DNA of 64,000 nt from Mayamaea pseudoterrestris (lineage: Eukaryota), in contig BROI01000010.1 of the NCBI GenBank assembly GCA_027923505.1, positions 496,001 through 560,000 on the forward strand. The letters are read 5' to 3'. Below are positions 41,201 through 52,500 of the stretch, piece by piece. The position numbers were made by a program, and so were the translations under genes. The notes under the pieces were generated by a model that saw only the letters and a program-made list of their open reading frames with translations, had not been told where the DNA came from and searched no databases. Numbering within the stretch: position 1 is the first letter of the stretch; each line of letters begins with the position of its first letter.

Positions 41201-42016
41201 CAAGCTTACCATCTTGTAGCGCAGCCTGAAAAAGGATGCTGGCACCATTCTGGTGTAATTTGGACACCTACCGGGCTTGCTGTAGGGGCGTTTGAATGTC
41301 ATGTCATCTGCGGGCTGAGACTGGTGACAAGTTGTCACCAAATACATTGCCATCCCCTGAGACAACAGCCAAGCTAACCATCTTGTAGCGTATCCTGAAT
41401 AATGATGTTGGCACCAGTCTGGTGTAATTTGGGCACCTACAGGGCTTGCTGTAGGGGCATTTAAATGTCATGGCATCTGCGGGCTGAGACTGGTGACAAG
41501 TTGTCACCAAATACATTGCCATCCCCTGAGACACCAACCAAGCCTACCATCTTGTAGCTCAGCCTACATAATGATGTTGGCACCATTCTGGTGTAATTTG
41601 GGCACCCACAGGGCTTGCTGTAGGGGCGTTTGAATGTCATGGCACCTGCGGGCTGGGACTGGTGACAAGTTGTCACCAAATACATTGCCATCCCCTGAGA
41701 CACCAACCAAGCCTACCATCTTGTAGCGCAGCCTGCATAATGATGTTGGCACCATTTGGGTGTATTTTGGGCACCTACAGGGCCTGATGTAGGGGACTTT
41801 GAATGTCAAGGCACCTGCGGGCTGAGATTGGTGACAAGTTGTCACCAAATACATTGCCATACCCTGAGACACCAACCAAGCCAACCATCTTGTAGCGTAT
41901 CCTGAATAATGATGTTGGCACCAGTCTGGTGTAAATTGGGCACCTACAGGGCTTGCTGTAGGGGCATTTGATTATCATGGCATCTGCCGGCTGAGACTGG
42001 TGACAAGTTGTCACCA
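26265..42016. repeat. Satellite A, subfamily A2 (~93 monomers of 169 bp) with higher-order structure
   Basis: 169-bp period. Diagnostic variants are aaatacattgccatcc, accaaccaagcctacc, tgaaaaaggat and gtaatttgggcacctac. Confidence 0.98.
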
Positions 42017-42022
42017 CAATAA
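28287..42022. repeat. 6,868-bp near-identical tandem duplication (28287-35154 / 35155-42022)
   Basis: Rare monomer variants and ORF-track translations recur at +6868 (e.g. 28324/35192, 33906/40774). The junction reads tgtcacca-caataa-aaaggatg at ~35149-35160. Confidence 0.92.
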
Positions 42023-42234
42023 GATTCCATGGGAGTCGCCCAAAACTAGACTAAAGATCCAATCCTATTAGGCGACGAGAGTCTTGTCGTGGACAAGACT
42101 AGCGGCGGCAATCTTGTTGGGAACAAGACTGCTTTAGGTTCGAACGTAACTATTTAGCTCACTTCTTTAACAAGTCGCATACATGAACCCGTACTAGTAA
42201 ACGAGATCTATTACGGTCACACGTATCTTTATTG
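42017..42234 (+). repeat. 5' LTR (218 bp; CAATAA...TTATTG)
   Basis: Identical by eye to 49329-49546, with 6-bp inverted termini. Confidence 0.95.
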
Positions 42235-42736
42235 GTTTATCAGATTCCCATATGCTTTGCTATGAGCAACTAGCAACTTGTTCGGGGTGCATTGGCCGGG
42301 GACGGCTTCATTATCGAATAATATCTGATGCTCTGAGCATCGCTCGACGGGAAGCGATTCCACCGTGGCTTGCACTAATGTGTGTCGACAAGTACACATT
42401 TCCACGCGTCGTCAGTACCCGACCAAAGGTATTTACAAGACCGAGCAACACTCCTGTCGTTTGGACGCTTGCGACAAACCCCACTCCTTGCCACTGGGAA
42501 ATTCCACATTGCATTTCGCTACTCGCTTTGTATGACAAGTCGGAGGTGTGGTGATCAGGGTCGCATGCCAGTACCGACAATGCTGATCGGCAATTCTTGC
42601 CAGTAAATGATTCGTCGGCGAGCTCAACCAACTTGCTGAATCAATCCGACGCGCACTACGAACGAACAAGATGGTGTACAAACATGAATGATCCAAAATA
42701 ACCATGTTTCTTTATTTGACTTACGCTATGAGCAAG

Positions 42737-43384
42737 TTAAATGTCACAACTTTGGATGCAACCCACATATGCTTCAGGAAAATACTGCGCATGAAGCCCA
42801 CTATGACGGACCCAGAAAGGCATCGCATCGATGGAGCTATAGACCAGATCTGGACGAATGGATTCCTGCCAATTGGACTCCTGCTCGCGCTTCCTGCTGG
42901 CCTTTCGATAAGCTCGCATCCTCGCCATGTTCCTGGCCCGAGTATCCTTGTGGCGCAACTTGCAATTCGTTTCCAACCATGGTGCTTGCAGGAGTTGATG
43001 AATCGTCAGTCTTGTCCAATCAAACTCTCCAGACTGACGCCGCACTTGTTTGACAATGTGTTGAAGCACGTCGTCGTGCAGGAAGTGCTTTGTTCCGCGA
43101 GGCAACTCGTAGAGGTGGAAGCGTGCTGGACTCACGTCATAGCCATGCTCAATTGGTTCGCCCATTTCCATCAGAACAATGTCTTCGCGTCGCGAAGTGA
43201 AGCATTTCAACTTGTAGAGTTCAGCCTCTATGCCTCTCAGCTTGGAAGGATCCAAAGGATTCAATGTTGGGTGGAGCTTTCCGCTGCGACGCAAGTCGTC
43301 GATGCGTGTGGACCTTTTGACGAGTTGCATTGACATCACAGTTTTGCTGACAGAGGAAATTGTGACGATTTGCTGGCCAAACAC
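42737..43384 (-). CDS. Antisense ORF of unknown function in the retrotransposon 5' leader
   Basis: 215-codon open frame between the 5' LTR and gag, with protein-like composition and a basic patch (RARNMARMRAYRKASRKRE). The true start is uncertain (first ATG near ...VMSMQLVK). Confidence 0.45.
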   Translation of the reverse strand: MFGQQIVTISSVSKTVMSMQLVKRSTRIDDLRRSGKLHPTLNPLDPSKLRGIEAELYKLKCFTSRREDIVLMEMGEPIEHGYDVSPARFHLYELPRGTKHFLHDDVLQHIVKQVRRQSGEFDWTRLTIHQLLQAPWLETNCKLRHKDTRARNMARMRAYRKASRKREQESNWQESIRPDLVYSSIDAMPFWVRHSGLHAQYFPEAYVGCIQSCDI

Positions 43385-43792
43385 TCGCAGGTTGCGTCAG
43401 TTGACTTGCTCTTTTCGTTGTCCAACGCGCGTTGATCGCGCGTTACATGAGTTAAGTACAGCTGAAACGGAAGCGTTGTGTCGAAATTTCGTGCGTTGCG
43501 TGCAAACATTTCAACAGTGACGCACTTTAAACACATTATGGTGTGTGTGCTTTGTGAATCTTGCGAAATATTTGTGACAACGGTCGTTCGTGCGCAATGT
43601 TCCTGGCGAAATATCAAACTTTGCTACAGTTGGATATGCCGAATCTTTACAAGAGTGCGCACCATTTCTTCATTTTGAACAAATATTTGCTCTCACAATA
43701 TCGTCTTTCCTACAAGGTCAAACGCTGTTGTATCAAGCTACTAAGTCCTCTACCCTTTCGTCCCTAGTCTACCTACCTACCTCTCTGCCAAC

Positions 43793-45036
43793 ATGGATGC
43801 CAACTTCGCCAACTACCTCACGAACGAGCTCACTATCCCTGCTCCCATGCAGGATGCGCTTCTTGCCCAAGGACTTGAGACATTTGATGATCTCAAGATG
43901 TTGGAGGATACGCAAGTTGAGTCTCTCATTCAGGCCATGCGCCGTCCTGGCGGAGTCAACCCAGCCAAGCTGGCGAATCTTGCAGCCCGACTGCTTCGCA
44001 CCATTCTGGTGTATTTTGGGCACGCAGGTGGCTTTTGACCCGGCGATTCACCAAGGCTTGCGTGCCGCGCGTCCAAGTTGTCGCCAGAGATGTCCACCCT
44101 GACACCGCCAAGCAGCTCCATTGGCGCGAAGCCTGAGTTGTCTTCGTGCTGTTGCACGGCTTGCTGGGGGTTGACCAACGCTCTGCGGCTGGACTGAAGT
44201 GCATGCTCGCCGCCTTTCGGACGCATCTGCAACCCTTGCGATCATCAAATGTGTTGGCACCGCCAGGCCCTACATGCTCCCGGCGCGGCGAGTTGACGCT
44301 GTCATTATCTGTGCGATCCAGCCGCCGCCGGATTAAGGTCGAGGCAGAAGCCAAGCTCAAGTTCAATATGTGAGCCAGACCAAGACTCTATGGGAGAAAT
44401 TCCTTGTAATTTTGAAAGGCTGCTTTAATGATCTATTGCAAGAAGGCAAAGTGCTTACTGACGAAGAGAGATCACTTTGCTCAACGCTTCCATTCAAAAC
44501 GACGCTTTGCAAGCTGAGCGAGCCTAATTTGAAGACTGACGACATCGGCTCGACACCTCTATGACAAGGTTGTACCTACTACACCCTTGGACCATGAATA
44601 TTAAATCCAAGCAGCGCAACGTCGCGTCGCGCTGAGACATCTTGGCAGCCCTTCACAAGGGCATCCATCTCGCTGAAGTCAGGCAACTGGTTTCCAAAGG
44701 CGTTTGGGACTGAAGAAGGATGGTCCCGTGGACAAAGGGAGGCATACAAGAAGAAGAACGGAGAGAACGCAGTGGAGGTGGTGGTGGCGCTACTCAGGGT
44801 ACAGATGCTCACCCAAGTCAAGCCTAATACACCTCACCTGAAACACACTGATCGCCTGCCATCAAACGCGCTGATAGATGTAGGGCCAGGGGAGGGGGAC
44901 AGGCTCGCAGAGGGAAAATGCCAGCATGCAGTGGACAGGCGAGCAAGAGTTGAAATAAATCTCCAAGCTTTCACCCAGCGGCCTCAAAAGGTTCAACCCT
45001 TTTCACGGATTACCTATCAAGGCTCGGTAGCAAGTT
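43793..45036 (+). pseudogene. gag: gag region, frame-disrupted as assembled
   Basis: The N-terminus MDANFANYL...QGLETFDDLKMLEDTQVESLIQAMRRPGG and a later fragment WEKFLVILKGCFNDLLQEGKVLTDEE resemble diatom copia Gag as I recall it. It lies directly upstream of pol, with several frameshifts and satellite-like patches in between. Confidence 0.65.
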
Positions 45037-48000
45037 TTGATGTATCCGGACGGCGCAAGCGCCGAGCTCGTGACTAGGCACGCGGACACTTGCTGCTTCT
45101 CAAGTAGATACTGCAGTGTGGTTGCTACGCAAGATCAGACAGTATCTGTTACGCCCTTCATGGAAGGAATGGGTTGCGTCGAGAATGTCCAAGTTGCTGA
45201 TGTGCTTGTGGCATACGACCATCCATTGGAGCTGAAGACTTATATGCTTCGGTTCAACCAAGTCTTGCTGTTTGACAATCTCAATTGTCATCTGCTCAAT
45301 CCAAATCAAATGCGTTTGAATGACTTGGAGGTACACGACTGTCCACGATTCCTCTCTAAGGCAAAAGGAAAGAAGGTGCACAGCATTCTTGCACCAGAAG
45401 CTGGCTTGCACATTCCGCTACTCTGTGATGGAGTCATTTCCTTATTTCATGCGAGAAAGCCTACAGAGGAGGACAAGGATACCTATGAGTGGATCGATAT
45501 GACCTACTCAAGCCCACAATACAATCCACAAGACGACAGCTTTACAAGAAGGGAAGAAGCCCTCATGGAGGAAACTTATCCTGGCATTGACTTTGACATG
45601 TTTGATCGGAGCATCTCCAAGGTGGGAGTGTCAATTTGGCAATCACCAAGAGATGTCTTGTCAACGATCAAGGAAGACAAGTGCTTCTCGCATGCTGATA
45701 TGATCAGAATTCAAAGTGCTGTCCGAACGCGGAAACGAAAGGGAGCTGTGACTGCCGAACAGTTGCAGCGCCGATGGAACATTGGATTGGAGACGGCAAG
45801 AAAGACTCTTCAGGTTGTAACTCAGCTTGGAGTTCGACACTTTGCTGGGGAGCGGCCCATGCGAAGAATGTGGTCGAGAGCAGAAGCCTTGCGCTTTCGC
45901 AATCTGAACACGTTCATGTTCACCGACACTATGCAAGGACCTTGCAAGTCGCGCAGAGGCAACCAATATCTCCAAGTATACTGCACAGATGCGAGTTTCA
46001 CATCTGTGTATCCAATGAAGGCAAGAAAGCAAGCACCAGAGACCCTGGAGCTACTATTTCGCGATGTTGGAGTACCCAAGATCTTGACGCCGGACAATGC
46101 ACCTGAGCTTGTCGCAGGCGACTTTCTCAAGAAGGCAAGAGCTGCAGGCTCTCATATCCACTCCACCGAGCCATGGACTCCAAATCATCAACGCTGTGAA
46201 TCTACCAATCATGTCCTGAAACGCATGTACAAGCGCGCAATGCGTAAGTCTAATGCTCCAACACGGTTTTGGGATGATTGCTACGAGTTGCAGGCTGCGA
46301 TTAACAGTCATATGGCGCACGACAAGATCGTTCTCGATGGACACACTCCAAGGTCATACTTGCTAGGGGACACAGCTGATATCTCGCATATTGCTGAGTT
46401 TGCTTGGTATGACTGGGTGTGGTATTGGAACCCGCCAAAGCTGGACGAAGATAACTATCTTCTTGGACGCTATCTGGGGCCTTCTGCTGACGTTGGACAA
46501 GCTATGACTTCAAAGATACTGACTGACACAGGGGCAGTGGTCCACCGGTCATCAGTCTTCCCAATGTCAGATGAGGATCTAAGGGATGACGCTCTCAATG
46601 CCAAGAAAGAAGCTTTCAACAGAGTGATACAAGATCGGTATGGCATTGGCTACAACCAAGATCCTGTAATCGTTGCCAATCCAGAAGTACCCGAATATGA
46701 ACCACCGGAGTATCAGCCTTACGAGGATGAGACTACCAAAGAAGAGCAAGCTCCTGACGCGGATGATGTTGACTGGGAAGCCTACGACAGATTCCTACTT
46801 GCAGAAGTTCTTCTACCGGATGGAGGCGGACTTGTGCTGGGCACAGTCAAAGCCAGGAAACGAGATGCCAGTGGGAACCCTCTTGGTGTTGCGCACTCGA
46901 ATCCAATCATTGACACGGCAGTCTACGAAGTTGAACTTCCGGATGGACGAGTCAAAGAATACGCTGCCAACATTATTGCTGAGCATATCTTCAGTCGAAT
47001 CGACGATGAGGGACGAAGGATCATAGTCCTCAAAGAGATTTTGGACCACAAGACAGATGGCACAGCTGTTGCGCAAGCTGACAAATATGTCACAAACAAA
47101 GACGGTACTACCTTCCAGGGGAGACAACAACTGCGCAAGACCACGAAGGGTTGGTGGTTGCTTGTGTCTTGGATGGATGGCACCGAGTCATGGGAACGCT
47201 TAGCAGACTTAAAGGAGTCACATCCGATCGAAGTTGCCGAGTACGCCGTTTCAAACCAGCTCTCCAAGGAACCTGCTTTTGAATGGTGGGTAGGATTATT
47301 CCTCAAGAATCGGGATCGCATCATCAAGAAGGTGAAAGCCCGAATCGCCAAGAACACGCACAAGTTTGGCATTCAAGTTCCAACGTCGGTTAAGCATGCT
47401 CTAGAAATTGACCGAGACACCGGTACAGATTTCTGGAAGAAGGCTTTGGCCAAGGAAATGACAAATGTCATGCCAGCGTTTCGCTTCTTGGATGCGGAAG
47501 AACCTGATCCTGTGGGACACCAGCTTATCAGATGCCATATGATCTTTGATGTTAAAATGGATCTGACTCGCAAAGCTCGGTTTGTCGCCGGAGGCCACGT
47601 CACTGAGACACCGTCATCCATGACTTATCAAAGCGTTGTTTCACGAGAAAGCGTTCGCATTGCGTTTCTCTTGGCTGCTTTGAACGATTACGAAATCTGC
47701 TGCGCAGATATTCAAAATGCATACATCTCTGCTCCATGTCGGGAGAAGATTTGGACCAAGTGTGGGCCAGAGTTTGACTCCAGTCACCAAGGTCAACGCG
47801 CTGTCATTGTTCGCGCTCTCTATGGACTCAAGTCTGCCGCTCGTGCCTTTGGATCATACCTGGCCGAAACGCTCCGAGACTTGGGATGGGAGCCGTGTCG
47901 CGGGGAGCCAGACGTTCGAATGCGGTCTCGCACCAAGGCAAACGGGGAGAAGATTTGGGAATACCTGCTTGTCTGGACAGATGACTTGCTCATGCTGGGG

Positions 48001-49053
48001 CTTGATCCAAAGCAAGGACTCGAGGAAATCAACAAATTCTTCACTCTCAAGGAAGGATCCATTGGGGAACCTACACAATACCTTGGTTCTACTATCTCCA
48101 GGTACACCTTTGACGGTGACCCAAAAGCGTATTGGGCCATGGGTTCATCCAAATACGTGAAGGAAGCTATCAAGAATGTCGAAACGCATCTTGCAGCATC
48201 CAACAAGTTCCTAAAGACGAAGATTGCGGGTCCTTTGCCCAGTGGTTATGAACCAGATCTTGATACGTCACCGGAGTGCAATGAAGAAGAACATTCCTAC
48301 TACATGTCGCAAGTACAAGTCCTGCGCTGGGCTGTTGAGCTTGGAAGGATTGATGTTGCTACTGAAGTTTCAATGTTGGCTTCGCACATGGCGTCTCCAA
48401 GAAAGGGTCATCTGGATGCGTTATTTCATATTTGGGCATATCTCAAGCATCACAGTCGGTCAAGGATGGTGTTTGATTCAGCTTACAAGTCGCTGCAGTC
48501 CAAGGATCCACCGCCAGAATGGAAGGAATTCTATCACGACGCGGAGGAACGTATTCCTGTGGATATGCCGGAAGCCAGGGGCAAGCCGGTACAGATCATT
48601 TGCTTTGTGGATGCTTCACACGGAAGTGAGAAGAAGACGCGAAGATCAAGGACAGGTATACTCATATACTTGAATTCAGCTCCTATATCATGGCTCTCCA
48701 AGAGGCAGAACACGATAGAGACAAGTAGCTTTGGCGCGGAGTTCACAGCTCTTCGCATAGCATCTGAAATGATTGTGGCCTTGAGGTTCAAGCTTCGAAT
48801 GATGGGAATTCCTATTGATGGTCCTGCACATGTAAGATGCGACAACGAGGCTGTCGTGAAGAACACGTCAGCACCAGAGTCCATGTTGAACAAGAAGCAC
48901 AATGCCGTCGCCTATCACTACGTGCGCGAACGCGTGGCGGAAGGCACATTGAGCGTTCACAAAGAGGATGGTAAGACGAACTTAGCTGATATGCTGACGA
49001 AGTCTCAACCAGGACCTATGAGGACTGAGATGGCGAGAAAGCTGCTCTATTGA
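45037..49053 (+). CDS. pol: Copia Pol polyprotein: protease, DDE integrase, chromodomain-like module, reverse transcriptase, RNase H
   Basis: 1338-aa ORF. PR-like HADTCC (the expected catalytic Asp reads ELVTRHAD here). IN FTDT...TPDNAPE...RCE (D-34-E). RT KARFVAGG, ADIQNAY, ALYGLKS, VWTDD. RH FVDASH, AEF, RCDN, NLADMLTK. Probably fused to gag in the native element. Confidence 0.95.
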   Translation: MMYPDGASAELVTRHADTCCFSSRYCSVVATQDQTVSVTPFMEGMGCVENVQVADVLVAYDHPLELKTYMLRFNQVLLFDNLNCHLLNPNQMRLNDLEVHDCPRFLSKAKGKKVHSILAPEAGLHIPLLCDGVISLFHARKPTEEDKDTYEWIDMTYSSPQYNPQDDSFTRREEALMEETYPGIDFDMFDRSISKVGVSIWQSPRDVLSTIKEDKCFSHADMIRIQSAVRTRKRKGAVTAEQLQRRWNIGLETARKTLQVVTQLGVRHFAGERPMRRMWSRAEALRFRNLNTFMFTDTMQGPCKSRRGNQYLQVYCTDASFTSVYPMKARKQAPETLELLFRDVGVPKILTPDNAPELVAGDFLKKARAAGSHIHSTEPWTPNHQRCESTNHVLKRMYKRAMRKSNAPTRFWDDCYELQAAINSHMAHDKIVLDGHTPRSYLLGDTADISHIAEFAWYDWVWYWNPPKLDEDNYLLGRYLGPSADVGQAMTSKILTDTGAVVHRSSVFPMSDEDLRDDALNAKKEAFNRVIQDRYGIGYNQDPVIVANPEVPEYEPPEYQPYEDETTKEEQAPDADDVDWEAYDRFLLAEVLLPDGGGLVLGTVKARKRDASGNPLGVAHSNPIIDTAVYEVELPDGRVKEYAANIIAEHIFSRIDDEGRRIIVLKEILDHKTDGTAVAQADKYVTNKDGTTFQGRQQLRKTTKGWWLLVSWMDGTESWERLADLKESHPIEVAEYAVSNQLSKEPAFEWWVGLFLKNRDRIIKKVKARIAKNTHKFGIQVPTSVKHALEIDRDTGTDFWKKALAKEMTNVMPAFRFLDAEEPDPVGHQLIRCHMIFDVKMDLTRKARFVAGGHVTETPSSMTYQSVVSRESVRIAFLLAALNDYEICCADIQNAYISAPCREKIWTKCGPEFDSSHQGQRAVIVRALYGLKSAARAFGSYLAETLRDLGWEPCRGEPDVRMRSRTKANGEKIWEYLLVWTDDLLMLGLDPKQGLEEINKFFTLKEGSIGEPTQYLGSTISRYTFDGDPKAYWAMGSSKYVKEAIKNVETHLAASNKFLKTKIAGPLPSGYEPDLDTSPECNEEEHSYYMSQVQVLRWAVELGRIDVATEVSMLASHMASPRKGHLDALFHIWAYLKHHSRSRMVFDSAYKSLQSKDPPPEWKEFYHDAEERIPVDMPEARGKPVQIICFVDASHGSEKKTRRSRTGILIYLNSAPISWLSKRQNTIETSSFGAEFTALRIASEMIVALRFKLRMMGIPIDGPAHVRCDNEAVVKNTSAPESMLNKKHNAVAYHYVRERVAEGTLSVHKEDGKTNLADMLTKSQPGPMRTEMARKLLY

Positions 49054-49320
49054 GAGTAGAATTGCTGGCTATGAGCAAGCGACAACAGGCTTGGAGGTTT
49101 GCCTTGGAACTCGACACTGTCGATGACCTAAAGTCATGGAGCTTCGGCCGACACCTTCAACCAAGTATGACTTGGACCACAGAACATACAGTAAAGGGAA
49201 ACTGAGGCACATATCGAGCAGGATAGTTTACGCACTTGACTGATGGATGGAATGAGTTGGTGTTGCACTGAACAGCTAAGGCGACTACTTGAGGCGGTAG
49301 AGACCAATGCAGTTCAATGC

Positions 49321-49328
49321 AAGGGGAG
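49321..49328 (+). other. Polypurine tract
   Basis: AAGGGGAG directly abuts the 3' LTR start. Confidence 0.75.
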
Positions 49329-49546
49329 CAATAAGATTCCATGGGAGTCGCCCAAAACTAGACTAAAGATCCAATCCTATTAGGCGACGAGAGTCTTGTC
49401 GTGGACAAGACTAGCGGCGGCAATCTTGTTGGGAACAAGACTGCTTTAGGTTCGAACGTAACTATTTAGCTCACTTCTTTAACAAGTCGCATACATGAAC
49501 CCGTACTAGTAAACGAGATCTATTACGGTCACACGTATCTTTATTG
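49329..49546 (+). repeat. 3' LTR (218 bp)
   Basis: Identical by eye to the 5' LTR; followed by the TSD ACCA and satellite. Confidence 0.95.
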
Positions 49547-52500
49547 ACCAAATACATTGCCATTCCCTGAGACACCTGCCAAGCCTACCATCTTGTAGCG
49601 CGGCCTGAAAAAGGATGTTGGCACCATTCTGGTGTAATTTGGGCACCTACAGGGCTTGCTGTAGGGGCGTTTGAATGTCATGGCATCTGCGGGCTGAGAC
49701 TGGTGACAAGTTGTCACCAAATACATTGCCATCCCCTGAGACACCAACCAAGCCTACGATCTTGTAGCGCAGCCTGAAAAAGGATGTTGGCACCATTCGG
49801 GTCTAATTTGGGCACCTACAGGGCTTGCTGTAGGGGCGTTTAAATGTCATGGCATCTGCGGGCTGAGACTGGTGACAAGTTGTCACCAAATACATTGCCA
49901 TCCCCTGAAACACCAACCAAGCCTACCATCTTGTAGCGCAGCCTGAAAAAGGATGTTGGCACCATTCTGGTGTAATTTGGGCACCTACAGGGCTTGCTAT
50001 AGGGGCGTTCCAACGTCATGGCATCTGAGGGCTGAGACTGGTGACAAGTTGTCACCAAATACATTGCCATCCCCTGTGACAACAGCCAAGCCTACCATCT
50101 TGTAGCGCACCCTAAATAATGATGTTGGCGCCATTCTGGTGTAATTTGGGCACCTACAGGGCTTGCTGTAGGGGCGTTTGAATGTCATGGCATCTGCAGG
50201 CTGAGACTGGTGACAATTTGTCACCAAATACATTGCCATCCCCTGAGACACCAATCAAGCCTACCCTCTTGTAGCCTGGCCTGAAAAAGGATGTTGGCAC
50301 CATTCTGGTGTAATTTGGGCACGTACAGGGCTTTCTGTAGGGGCGTTTGAATGTCATGGCATCTGCGGGCTGAGACTGGTGACAAGTTGTCACCAAATAC
50401 ATTGCCATCCCCTGAGACACCAGCCAAGCCTACCATCTTGTAGCGCAGCCTGAAAAAGGATGTTGGCACCATTCTGGTGTAATTTGGGCACCTACAGGGC
50501 TTGCTGTAGGGGCGATTGAATGTCATGGCATCTGCGGGCTGAGACTGGTGACAAGTTGTCACCAAATACATTGCCATCCCCTGAGACACCAACCAAGCCT
50601 ACCATCTTGTAGCGCATCGTAACAAATGATGTTGGCACCAGTCTGGTGTAATTTGGGCACCTACAGGGCTTGCTGTAGGGGCGTTTGAATGTCACGGCAT
50701 CTGTGGCCTGAGACTGGTGACAAGTTGTCACCAAAATACATTGCCAACCCCTGAGACACCACCCAAGCCAACCATCTTGTAGCGCAGCCTAAAAAAGGAT
50801 GTTGGCACCATTCTGGTGTAATTTGGGCACCTACAGGGCTTGCTGTAGGGGTGTTTGAATGTCAAGGCACCTGCGGGCTGAGATTGGTGACAAGTTGTCA
50901 CCACATACATTGCCATCCCCTGAGACACCAACCAAGCCTACCATCTTGAAGCGCAGCCTGCAAAAAGGATGTTGGCACCATTATGATGTAATTTGGGCAC
51001 CTACCGGGCTTGCTGTAGGGGCGTTTGAATGTCACGGGATCTGCGGGCTGAGACTGGTGACAAGTTGTCTCCAAATACATTGCCATCCCCTGAGACACCA
51101 GCCAAGCTTACCATCTTGTATTGCTGCCTGAATAAGGATGCTGGCACCATTCTGGTGAAATTTGGGCACCTACAGGACCTGATGTAGGGGTGTTTGAATG
51201 TCAAGGCACCTGCAGGCTGAGATTGGTGACAAGTTGTCACCAAATACATTGCCATCCCCTGAGACACCAACCAAGTCTACCTTCGTGTAGCGCAGCCTGA
51301 AAAAGGATGTTGGCACCATTCTGGTGTAATTTGGGCACCTACAGGGCTTGCTGTAGGGGCGTTTGAATGTCATGGCATCTGCGGGCTGAGACTGGTGACA
51401 AGTTGTCACCAAATACATTGCCATCCCCTGAAACACCAACCAAGCCTACCATCTTGTAGCGCATCCTGAATAATGATGTTGACACCATTTTGGTGTAATT
51501 TGGGCACCTACAGGGCTTGCTGTAGATGCGTTTGAATGTCATGGCATCTGCGGCGAGACTGGTGACAAGTTGTCACCAAATACATTGCCATCCCCTGAGA
51601 CACCAACTAAGCCTACCATCTTGTAGCGCATCCTGAACAATGATGTTGGCACCAGTCTGGTGTAATTTGGGCACCTACAGGGCTTGCTGTATGGGCGTTT
51701 GAATGTCATGGGATCTGCGGGCTGAGACTGGTGACAAGTTGTCATCAAATGCATTGCCATACCCTGAGACACCAACCAAGCCTATCATCTTGTAGCGCAG
51801 CCTGAAAAAGGATGTTGGCACCATTCTGGTGTAATTTGGGCACCTACCGGGCTTGCTGTAGGGGCGTTTGAATGTCAAGGCACCTGCAGGCTGAGATTGG
51901 TGACAAGTTGTCACCAAATACATTGCCATCCCCTGAGACACCAACCAAGCCTACCTTCGTGTAGCGCAGCCTAAAAAAGGATGCTGGCACCATTCTGGTG
52001 TAATTTGGGCGCCTACAGGGCTTGCTGTAGGGGGGTTTGAATGGCATGGCATCTGCGGCTGAGACTGGTGACAAGTTGTCACCAAATACATTTCCATCCC
52101 CTGAGACACCAGCCAAGCCTACCATCTTGTAGCGCAGCCTAAAAAAAGATGTTGGCACCATTCTGGTGTAATTTGGGCACCTACAGGGCTTGCTGTAGGG
52201 GCATTTGAATGTCATGGCATGTGCAGGCTGAGACTACTGACAAGTTGTCACCAAATACATTGTCATCCCCTGAGACACCAACCAAGCCTACCACATTGTA
52301 GCGCAGCCTGAAAAAGGATGTTGGCACCATTTGGGTGTAATTTGGGCACCTACCGGGCTTGCTGTAGGGGCGTTTGAATGTCAAGGCACCTGCAGGCTGA
52401 GATTGGTGACAAGTTGTCACCAAATACATTGCCATCCGCTGAGACACCAACCAAGCCTACCTTCGTGTAGCGCAGCCTGAAAAGGATGTTGGCACCATTC

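Larger units (their letters stand above)
42017..49546 (+). mobile_element. Full-length Ty1/copia LTR retrotransposon (diatom CoDi-like), 7,530 bp, 4-bp TSD ACCA
   Basis: Two 218-bp LTRs and a PR-IN-RT-RH domain order. The flanks tgtc-ACCA|element|ACCA-aatacattg restore the satellite consensus tgtcACCAaatacattg. Confidence 0.96.

Noticed and set aside
45100..48902. Alternative-frame and antisense ORFs overlapping pol
   Set aside because: Shadow ORFs of a long coding sequence, with no motifs.
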